This document shows, in pieces, positions 29,306 through 39,362 of a DNA stretch of 64,000 nucleotides; the first letter of the stretch is position 1, and the number at the start of each line of letters is the position of its first letter. Origin of the DNA: Oikopleura dioica. Lineage: Eukaryota; Animalia; Chordata. The position numbers and the translations under genes were made by a program. The DNA is taken from NCBI GenBank assembly GCA_907165135.1, contig OU015566.1, positions 6,820,001-6,884,000 on the forward strand. Reading direction: 5' to 3'. Under the pieces are notes generated by a model. It was not told where the DNA came from. It saw nothing but the letters and a program-made list of their open reading frames with translations, and ran no database searches.

Positions 29306-30227
29306 ATGGAGGATGATGAAGAGAATGCGGATAGAAAAATGTTGAAACTGACACCGATTCCACCACCTTCTGAGGAAGAATTTTCAGGATAGTTTTATAA
29401 CAAGTTCAGTTTCAAAAAGCATTTGCGTGCGCCATTATCTCAGTGGGTGCTCACTGTGACCAAGTACTCGAAATCAGATGCAAACACCGGGTGATTAACA
29501 CAGAAATTCCCGGAAGAAGCTGATTTATGTTTGCTACAGCTATTAATCTTGAATAAATGGGTCAAAAGTGGCCTTTGTCAATGAATTTTTATAAAACGTG
29601 TAAGAAAACATTGGTGGTACTGTCGAAAACCCTGCCTTGGTAACGATTCAACGAAACTCAAAAAACAATGCATCCTTCCTCGTCAAAGTTGCTTCCAGAT
29701 CATTTGCTTTCAAAGCAAGAAAAGCGAAGAAAACGATTCTGCATTCTAAAAACGACGATCCTGACTTCCGTTTCAAGATGCGAGTCGAGTGTGAAAATCA
29801 ATCATATTCGAAAGACGCTTCATTCCGCTGTTCAACGAAGATTTGGATGTTTGCAAAAGTTGTTGATATGGAATCTCCTCGTTTTTTTGAGCTCAGCAAT
29901 TGGCGATGTGGAAAGCTAGAGTCGAAAGTAGACATTCACATGAATAAATGTCTGAAGAACGATGCACTCGAAAAGAAGCGATTACAGTACGCAACGACTG
30001 TGTCCATGCTCAACAGGAACCAAATTCGCCCAAAAAGTCAACAGACAATTCGTGGAGAAGTTCAAAAAGATTCACAACTTTCGAGCATGGAAAGAGGCAA
30101 TCTTTTCACGAAAAAGGAGATGAGACGTCTTGCTCAGAATTCCAGAAAGTACGAAAGAAAAATAAAGGCCGCTACAGTTCCTGATCCTCGACGCTTGGAA
30201 GACTGGATGACAGTACTAGGAAAGTGA
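29306..30227 (+). CDS. Probable N-terminal (DNA-binding) part of the MULE transposase
   Basis: An ATG exon (MEDDEENADRKMLK...) and a 196-codon ORF with a C-x12-C...H-x3-C arrangement and a basic RRLAQNSRKYERKIK...PDP segment, on the same strand as and upstream of the DDE core. The assignment is an inference. Confidence 0.5.
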
Positions 30228-30689
30228 TTTATTTGACCGAGCACAGATGCACGAAAGAAATGACAGTGAATATAGTTTAGTTAAATCTTGAGTTGAATTA
30301 TCCTTTAGAGCTTGGGACATCCTTGATACGGTAGAAAAGCAGAGGCCGTGCGTTCTTCTTTTTCCTTTGTCTTTCCCTGAACTAACATAAATTCGAAGCC
30401 GCAAGCGGCTTCTCTTACGATGCAGGAGTTCTTGGGGCTTCGAGGACCCGAGCAGCGGGAGCTCCAGCTCGAGCGGGTGCTTTCTTTGCTGTTGTAGAAA
30501 CTGCAGCGAATTTGAAGCGGGAGTCACACCAGCGTTCGCTCTCGCATGAACGGGACCAAGAGGTTCTCCCTTTGAAATCAGAATTGAAAAAGGATTTCGC
30601 GTTCTTTTTGATTTACCTGATAGTTAGCGTCGAAAAACTTTTTAAACCATTGAACGAAGTGTGAGACACTTGACAGTGGTGAAAGGAAA

Positions 30690-31712
30690 TTACTTTGCAT
30701 GACGTTGTCGCCACGGAAGCAGATTTCTCCTTTTCCTTCGCGCGCATAATAATCCATGTCGGGCACGTCAACAAGTTTAAAAAATATTAGCCATCGGCAA
30801 ATAGCTGAACCAGACGTCGCTTGTTTTCCAAGGCTCTTTAACCGAGAAGATTGTAATGCCACAGCAGACGGTGCAGATGTTCTTGTGAGTCAAGACGACG
30901 CCTTTCGGATCGCCAGTCGTGTCGGATGTGTAATTGATCGTAGCAATGTCTGAATAATGAAATTAAATGATCGCCCCTATTTTTATCATTTTTACCTGAA
31001 GAAGTCGGCGGAACATTATCAAACGAGCTGTCTTTTCCGATTGCAATAAAATCGTCGAAACTTATGATTTTATAATTGGAGGACTTGACCTTCTTGAATT
31101 TTCGAAACACAACGATTGTTTGAAGATGAGCAGGCTTGATTTTGAGAATGAGGTCAAGTTTCTTTTGATTTTGAACGAAGCAGATTGGAGCTTCAATCTG
31201 AAGAAAAAGTAAAAATAATCTCGTAAAGAAGTTGTAAACTTACGTGCTCGAGAATGTATTTGACTGCTTGTTCACCAAAAGTATCGTAAAGCGAAACATT
31301 GCATATATTTTGATAGTATCCTCCAATGATTACTGCGTCGTATTCGTAGCAATTCGACGAGTAGATCGCAATTTTGCTTTCTCCACTGATAAGTCCGTGC
31401 TTTTTCAGTGAATTCGCCAGGTATTGAGATGTTGCAGCGAACTCGCCATAAGTACGGGTCGTGTAATCTGTCAAATCTGGCGTCGGAGTGCCTCAAATGA
31501 TAGCATTATCACTGGCGGTCTCTCTTCCTCGCTGGAAGCACTCAAGAATTGTCTGAATAACTGTAAAGAAAGTTCTGAGTGATACGCTTTACCTGTGGAT
31601 AATCAGCTGGCAGAGTCCAGAGTCCTTTCTTCTCGCAGAGAATATTGTGTCTTGCGAAGGTTTCAGAATCTGCTTCATAACTTTGTGGCGCGTCAACGTA
31701 GTCTAATTTCTT
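30690..31712 (-). pseudogene. Decayed long-chain acyl-CoA synthetase (ACSL-like) fragment inside the MULE
   Basis: TILECFQRG; KIAIYSSNCYEY; VSLYDTFGEQAVKYILEH; IATINYTSDTTGDPKGVVLTHKN; WFSYLPMA; KLVDVPDMDYYAREGKGEICFRGDNVMQ. Introns are retained. It has an in-frame TGA, a G-to-D change in the P-loop and a large internal deletion. Confidence 0.92.
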
Positions 31713-32012
31713 GTTTCTGTGTAGAGTTATAATTTTGATGAAGACAAACCTTATCTACGCCCATTTTTTTTGAACGAGTTTTGCAAGACTTTGAAGTTAT
31801 TGACATATTCGTGCTCGTGTTTTGCATTGTACTTTACTGTCTTTAGTCGGATGGAACCTAAACCAAATGTAGCTTGATTAAAAACGATTCGAAAGATGAG
31901 GGGTAAGGTGGAGACAACGAGGACATCATTTTTGTTTCACGAAACGAACATTGAAAAGTAATAATTCATTAATAAATCACGAAAAGGCGATGGTGAAACA
32001 AAATGGATTCTA

Positions 32013-33368
32013 ATGAATGAGTTTCTTTCGCCGGAACAACGAAGCCCGATATGGGATGAAGCTCTAGCTTTTGCGACTCAACACGATTTGCGCATGCTGA
32101 CCTCTTCAAAACACTGGTTTGTTGACGGTAAATTCTTTACGAAAGGCCAGCAAAAGAAGTTTGGCTACCGTCAACTCCTCATTATTGGATCAAGAGACCG
32201 AGATGATAGTGTTAATCCTAGATTCTTTATTATTCTCAAGGGTCAGTCTAAAGAAGGCTACAAGATTGTCTTTGAGGCTTTAAAGGAAATGATCAATATT
32301 GAAAATTTTGAACTTACTTGGTTCGGCAGCGAATTTGTCGTGTGTAATAACGTTGATGAGGACCACAATCGGCCGTTCGGTAGTTTTGAATAGCAGAGCA
32401 GCCGATTTTCCTGAAAAAACTGTAAATTGATCTACAAAAAGAAACTTTGTCCTGATTCTGAATTTACAACTGTCTCGTCCGATTTCGAACCTGGGCTCAG
32501 AAATTCGATTCGCGAAACATGGCCGGAGAAGAATCTACGCATGGTTGGGTGCTACTTTCATTGGTTACAGAGTGTTAGAAGATATTTACAAAGTCATGGA
32601 CTGTTGGCACTCTGGGAGAAAAATGGAAAGATACTCCAAGCACTCATCCATGCGATCCCATTCATTCACTTGACCGAACCTACATTCTACGACACATTTA
32701 TGCAGCTTTTGCGTCGAACACTTGATGAACTGTCTACACCACTAATCAAAGACGAGATTAATGAGTTCTACAGATATCTTTCTACGACGTACTTGAATGA
32801 CGATGCTAAATTCCCTCCTAGTTCATGGGCCCTTGCATTATCGATAGGAGCGAGGAATGGTTCAAAATTCTTGACTAATAACAGTCTTGAAATCATGGTA
32901 AGTTACCTTTTTTTCGATGGGAAATCTTGTAAAAACATCGAATTCGTGAAGATGCGATTCCAACTAAAATTAAATGTTTAGAACTCATCCCTGGTGGATC
33001 AAGGAATCAACAATGCGACAGAGCTATCTACGGTCATCTCCATTGCTAATGGCTTTAAAAGTGAAAGCTTCAGTACGGAAATTGCTAAGCTTGAGAGCAA
33101 CAGCCAGCAAAGTACTAAAAATGACAGATTGTGCGCCTTAGTTGCGGTTGTACGCTACGAGCAGCTAGCAAGATTTGACAAAAAATGCGCAGAAAATGGC
33201 TCAATCGAAGAAGCAATTGTTTCTGTCGGCTTCGGCTTGATGAGGGCCAGATCAAAGGCCGAGTCATTGAAATCTACTCAGAAACTCCGACATTTTATCA
33301 ACAACGCCACGCAACCAGAAACTGCTGTATTTCAAAATTTGATTAAAGAATCAACAGCTGACGTATAG
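32013..33368 (+). CDS. MULE DDE transposase catalytic region (with introns)
   Basis: WFVDGKF (D1), SSDFEPGL (D2), GCYFHW (CxxH) and TNNSLE (E), preceded by ALAFATQHDLRMLTSSKHW. Confidence 0.92.
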
Positions 33369-33424
33369 TTACTATTTTTTATACAAAAATAAAAATTATT
33401 TAGTCATACCAGTTTCAAGAAGCA

Positions 33425-34556
33425 ATGCCTGTGATGTCCCCAGTTCGCGATGAGCAAGAAACAGCTGGTGAGCAAGTTGACCCAGATCCTTTCGCTCAGC
33501 AAGGAGGAGAATTCGATTTGAGAAGAGTTGCGGCGCCAATCGCTCAGCCAGTTCAAAGAGTGGAAAGAAGAGTCGATGAGGAGACGAGCAATGATGAAGT
33601 CGATGTGCCAGCTGTTATCCATGAGTTCGACCCACCTCCAGTGGACTCTTTACCGTCGGACAATGAGGATCGTGAGCCTGAAAACTGTAATATATCAAAA
33701 ATGTAAATATCAAAAATTTAATATTTCTAGTTGAAAAATCGCCATCTCCAATACATTGGGAACGACTTCTGGATAAAACCGATGAGATAGATGAAACGAT
33801 CAGAAAACAGTTTCCAAATCGTCCTTCGTCTTCAGAATCGGAGCAAGGTAACTGTCCATATTTAAAAAATAAATGACTTTCATTTAAGAAAATGACGAAG
33901 CCGGACAAGCTAATCGTTCTCGTCCAACATCTGATTCTTACCGGAATTTTGATGACAGAACTAGTCCCGAAAAGCTGGTTCTATCTGAACCCAAGCAGCC
34001 ACGGAAGTATATTCGCAGCGCAAAATCCGCAAAACAGCGCAAAACGCGGGATCTTTCATTGTCAGATTCTGAATCGGATCGTAAGTTTAGTTTTATCAAG
34101 CAGAATGTTAATTATTCTAGATGAGCGCCCCGAATCTTCGCAAAATACGCGTAGTTTGTGCGCAAAAGTGAAGCGGAATGCGAAAAAATCAACCTATTGC
34201 GAGCATGATTCCCCACCAAAAAAGAAAAAGAAGAAAACTGAAGCCGAAGTGCGTTTGGCAGCCCAAATTGCGAAAGAAAAGAAAATTCTTAAAGAAAGAA
34301 ATCGAAAAAAAAGAGAAAATGATCCTAAGGTAATGCTTGTATGTTTCTTTAAGAAAATAGCAGAATATTTAGGGCTACTATGCTGATATAGCAAATAAAC
34401 GGCGTCAAACCATTCAAAGAAAAAAAAGAACAAAATGAAGAGTTGATCGCAGAGTTACGGGAAGAGCTGGAAAAAATGAAGGCGGAAAATGCGAAATTGC
34501 GAAAACGCGAAGAAATGAGAAAAGCAGATATCCCAGGATTGTTTACACGTATATAA
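33425..34556 (+). CDS. MULE-borne accessory gene: acidic/Pro-rich N-terminus, poly-Lys NLS, C-terminal coiled coil (about 5 exons)
   Basis: Segments MPVMSPVRDEQE..., EKSPSPIHWERLLDKTDE..., DSPPKKKKKKTEAEVRLAAQIAKEKK..., EELIAELREELEKMKAENAKLRKREE...* are separated by short GT-AG introns. Confidence 0.65.
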
Positions 34557-34746
34557 TGGTTTCTTATTTAATTGTATTTAATTAGAATAACTTGATAAAT
34601 AATAAAAAGACGATGACGATTTGATGCGCCAATTAAAAGAAGTACTCGCCACTTCCGACGAAGAAGACTTCTGATGTTCTATAAAAAAAGCTCCTTACAT
34701 TTTCATCAAACTCGTTACATTCGTTACGGACGATTTCCATAGGTCA

Positions 34747-34999
34747 GAGCCGTTACAAAATTACCGGGGCAAACTTGCTGTTGCTCTAGCGCCTAAGGGT
34801 TACATTGTAGCCCAAGACATCTTTATACGTATCGACGGAGAATCTCAAGCTCTATGCCAGTATCATCTCAGATTTTCGAGATCTCAAAAAATTTCGGATT
34901 TATGGCGATTTTTCATTTTTCAAAGGACTACGTGTCCCTAATTCAGCCAATCACAGCACTGTATTTGACGCATTTGCACCGGTAAATTTGTAACGTCTC
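34747..34999. mobile_element. Nested 253-bp inverted-repeat element inside the MULE
   Basis: GAGCCGTTACAAAATTACCGGGGCAAA versus right-end reverse complement GAGACGTTACAAATTTACCGGTGCAAA (24/27). No clear TSD. Confidence 0.55.
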
Positions 35000-36534
35000 A
35001 GTTAATTGAAGCCGCTGAAAAATAAACCAATAAGTGAAAAAATTGATTGCAAAAGAAAATTCGAAACTCCTTTCCTATATATTTTTCTTCTTCGTTGGAG
35101 CTCCTAAAGATGGAATCGAGCACGTCGTTTTGTTGATTCATCGAGTTCCTAGAATTCGGAAGCTTTCTTTGTTGTCTGCGAGAAGAATACTGGCAGGAAG
35201 TTCTTCAATATCTTTCGAGGAGTTCAAAATCATGTTAAATTAAAGAAAGGGCACAATTATAACGGGTAAATTCTTCTGGAGGCCCACAATTATAACGGGT
35301 TCAATATTCTCCCCGTTGTTATTTTATATGGTCAATTTTCAACACTGAGTCCTTTCTGAAATTGAAATTCTGAATTAAAATTTAAAAATGATAGACAGTA
35401 TTTTAGTTTCGCAACTCGTAAAGCTTTAATGTCAAAAATTGAAAAAAAATAGAAACATTTAACTTATCAACGGTTTGTGCATCGAAAGAGAGAAGAAAAC
35501 GCATCATACATTAAATACGAAAGGTTGAAGTTTGGAGGCGAAACAAAGCGGAAACACAGTTCATAAGTTTTAAGCGAATTGGGCAAAATTTTATAGGCAG
35601 TTAATTCTTCTCTAATTCCTCTGGCAGTTAATTCTTCTCTGATCTTCATCATTTCCGCTTGAAAAAAACCGTTGATTTATCAACTAAATTCAGGCGAGCA
35701 CAGCGCGGCGAATAAGGGAGGAGCGCGCCGCCCACGCGCGCCTGACTATTTCTCAGAAGAATCAGAAGATGAATTCCGAGCTCTTCTTCTCTCCGTTTTT
35801 TTATCTTCCAGGATCATTAACTATAGATGTGAAATCAAAAGAGGCGATTTTCTGGCAGTTAGACTTTCTGGCATATTAGATTTTCTGGCATTGCCAGAAA
35901 ATCGCCTTTGCCAGAAAGTCTAACTGCCAGAAAATCTAACTGCCAGAAAATCGCCTCCCTCCAAGTTCTTTGCGGCTCTTGTTGGAATGTTTCTTTACCT
36001 TTCCTTGGCGAGGATGTTTCCTGCCATGCAGGTGAAAATATTAGATCGTACACGGGTAATAAAAATCATAGGAGCTTGTGGATGCACCGCCAAAAGAAAG
36101 CCGAATGTCTGTCAATTCATATCGTCAACAGACAAAGCGTAAAACTTTCAGGCGTTTGTTCATTGCTAATGTTGGCTATGTCATTGCTTTCTTCATCCTA
36201 GCTCCTCTCGTAAGCTTGTTTTCTAAGGATTAGAGTGATTTTTAGATTTATTATGAAAATCAAATTCAACAAAAAATCGAAGAAATCATCTGCGGTGACA
36301 ATTAAAGATCGTATTTGTCTGTATTTCTGGAAAGCAATAAATTCATAATTAGAACATGTTGACGTCGACTGCCGACTCTTATTTTTTCTGACTTTTGAAG
36401 CAAACCGAAAGACATCTTATAGTGACCCAGGACTCTCATTAATGACCCAAGGGAAACATTCCTCGTCTTATCGTTATTTCAAAGCATATAAAGCAGGGTT
36501 CATTCTCAACCATCGCATTTCGGAAAACGCAGGG

Positions 36535-37983
36535 ATGATTAAAAGAGACGAGCTTGGAACGAGCAGTTGTTTCCAGGACAGTCAAACAGATGGGGTTATT
36601 TGGGGACTGAGCCTCGTTGGCGCAACAGTTTTCGTAGCAACTAGCAAAGTGAGTTTACTCTTGCACTTTATCGAAGACAAAAGATGGTACGGAGACTTCA
36701 TGACGTTCGCGGTCACTCTCGCGATGGGAACGATGTTTGCAGTGACCATATTTCAGTTTATTCCAGAGAGTCTCCATTTCCTCCACGTCCAGGTTGTACT
36801 ATTAATCTTTTGAAAAATAAAGGAAGTCAAGACTTACAACGTCTCTTGTGAGAGCTGCCACCAGGGCTCTTGGGCAAGTAGCATCGTTGATCGGCATAAT
36901 TGCTTGGCAATTTGCAACAGGGAGAAATATCAAGGCAGCGTATTGTACAGAATCGATGTCGGAGGTTTGTCAAGAGATGATTAATTTGATTTTTAACAAT
37001 TTCAGGAGCTTCGTCTTTCATGAGCACAATGACCGTCTCGTACTTTTTCTTCATCTTCGTCTATGATGTCCAAAAGATCATCCAATCCATATTCTCAAAA
37101 GAATACAACAGCGGATCGAACTACAAGCGGCTCGACAGAAGATCCACAGTCAAAATAAACAACTCGGTCGGACTTGGTGCAAACGTCACCGATAGAAAAC
37201 CAAGAAGAAGAATTGCAAAAGAAAACACTTCTGGATTGAAAGCTCAGGACTGGAAATTGATTGATACCGATGCTTGGGTGATTCTTCTGACGACATCTTT
37301 TGAATGCTTTATTGAAGGCAAAGAAAAAAGTAGATTGCTTCGTTACCCTAATTTTCCAGGAATGGCCTTTACGCTGACATTACAGGACGATATTGGGGCT
37401 GGCTTTTCAGTTTTATTTGCGATGCTATTAAAGATGATCCCAGTAACAATCGACGGTTCTGACATGACTTAACCTTATTCAGCAAAAACTCGGCAACGCC
37501 GTGATTTTAATGCAGTCTGGTCTGTCTCATTTCTGGGAAAGTGTTCTTGTACTAACTTCAGTATCGGCGATATACCCAGGTGTTTGTATCGCGATGCTTC
37601 TCAGAAATATGCACATAAAAGCAGCTGTAAAAGCGAAGTTCTTCGCTGCTCTCACTGGGATGTTTCTGTACATTTCACTAGCCAGAATGTTTCCAGCCAT
37701 GCAGGTGAAAAAATGTCATAAAAACATCTGATGGAAATTTTAGGAACTCGTGGATGCACCGCCAAAAGAAAGCCGAGTCTCGGCAAAAGCATATCATCAA
37801 CTAGCAAAACGCAAAGTATACTGGCGTCTATTTATTGCTAACGTTGGATTTGTCAGTGCTTTCTGCATTCTAGCACCTCTTGTAAGTACCTTGGTATTTC
37901 TTTGGAATCAAAAGATTCTTTAGATTTATTATGAAAACAGCATCCAAGAAAAAATAGAAGAAATCATCTGCGGTGAAAATTAG
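36535..37983 (+). CDS. SLC39/ZIP LIV-1-like membrane protein, copy B, apparently intact, with a non-canonical metal site
   Basis: TM2 TFAVTLAMGTMFAVTIFQFIPESLHF, TM4 AWVILLTTSFECFIEGMA, TM5 LKMIPQKLGNAVILMQSGLS and TM7 FFAALTGMFLYISLARMFPAM align with the ZIP8/ZIP14 pattern. Confidence 0.88.
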
Positions 37984-38349
37984 GCCCTATTTACTGAAAT
38001 TCATAAATATATATTGAGTATGTTTCGTATATTTGTGTTTTATTCGGAAAAAAATCCTTCATTATGAATCATAACATTTTCTTAATTATAAATCATAATC
38101 TATTAGTTGTTGATTTATTTAATAACTTTTTCCTACGAAATCCTTTACGTTTTCCCCATCGAAATAAGATCATTTGTGGTTGCATTTAGGAAAAAACCTT
38201 CTGGATATGTGATGACGTCACATACCTTCACCTTGATTGGGTTTGCCTGTTCCGAAGTTAGACTTTTGTTTAAAAGAATAATTTAAAATAGGGGACTGCC
38301 TTAATCGTCGTTAAAACGTTGCATCGGCTGCTAATTTCAAAGTTCAATA

Positions 38350-39080
38350 ATGAGCAAAATCAACGAAGAGGATGAGATTTATTACGCGGAATTAGAGACA
38401 TTTGTGGACCAAAAACTCAATATTTTTGAACTGAAGAAAACCATCCGAGAAAAGCTGAGCGAAGAGATTGATGAGACTCGCGAAAAAATAAATGCCATTA
38501 GAGGAGAAAATTTGAAAAAAGAAGAGTCTATTCTCAAAATCGAGCAACTACGTTCAATTATGATACAAGAGCAAGAATTGGAAAAAGCTCGGGAAGAGAT
38601 GTTGGAAGAAAGTCCATTTCTCCAAACATTATTCGGTGGATATGCTCATACACGAGTTTGAAAGATTCGCTTTTTGATCATGAGATTTCAATGTTTCTAT
38701 TAGAATAAAATTTCAAACTCATTGATAAGTACCCTTTTGAAACGGACTGGCTCCAAAGACGAGACAAAAAGATGGACGAGGAGATCGAAAAAATCCGAAT
38801 GCAGATAGAGAACAATATCACCAAAATTGCAGTCCTAAAAGTTAATTTGTGTGAACTGAAGGATCCCGAAAAGTTGATGGCTGCTGCATCAGATTCACTT
38901 CCAACTTGTTCTATTTGCTTGGAGCGATACAATAAAGAAGATCACTTGGAGTCTGTTCTTACTACTTGTGGACACAAATTTGGGCGATCTTGTATCGAGA
39001 AAAGCTTGGAAACCAACGAATACTGCCCCAAATGCAACAAAATTTCCAAAAACCAAAATGTTCTCACTATATTTGAATAG
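38350..39080 (+). CDS. Coiled-coil + C-terminal RING protein (RFWD3-like CGHxFGxxC RING)
   Basis: CSICLERY...VLTTCGHKFGRSCIEKSL...CPKC, preceded by a long coiled coil. Homologous to 53780-54542. Confidence 0.8.
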
Positions 39081-39362
39081 ATTTTCTATGTACGATTGCT
39101 TTAGTCCTTCAATAAAATCATTGAAATCATCAACAAAGCTATCATTGTACTTTGCTCACTCTGTTTCGCTTCCCTGGCTAAATAAAGCATATCGAATGCA
39201 AAATAAAAGAAATCATTTCCAGGAACAATTGAGAAATCTATTCATTTATGTTCTTGGAGAGCAATAAATTTATTATTCGGACATGTTGAAGTGAACAGGG
39301 CTTATTTACAGAAAAGGAAAACGGAATGTCAAGGAGCGAGTTTATCAGCAGCGTCAGTTGAG

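Larger units (their letters stand above)
28841..35961. mobile_element. Full-length Mutator-like (MULE) element with foldback TIRs and cargo
   Basis: TSD CAAGTTCTT at 28832-28840 and 35962-35970; GAG...CTC termini; about 86-bp TIR match with 2 mismatches; internal MULE transposase. Confidence 0.93.
27212..36305 (+). pseudogene. SLC39/ZIP LIV-1-like transporter, copy A, disrupted by two exonic insertions
   Basis: Colinear with copy B. A 459-bp insert splits the QDWK codons, and the 7.1-kb MULE splits KAKF|FAAL; the reading frame resumes at 35962. Confidence 0.88.
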
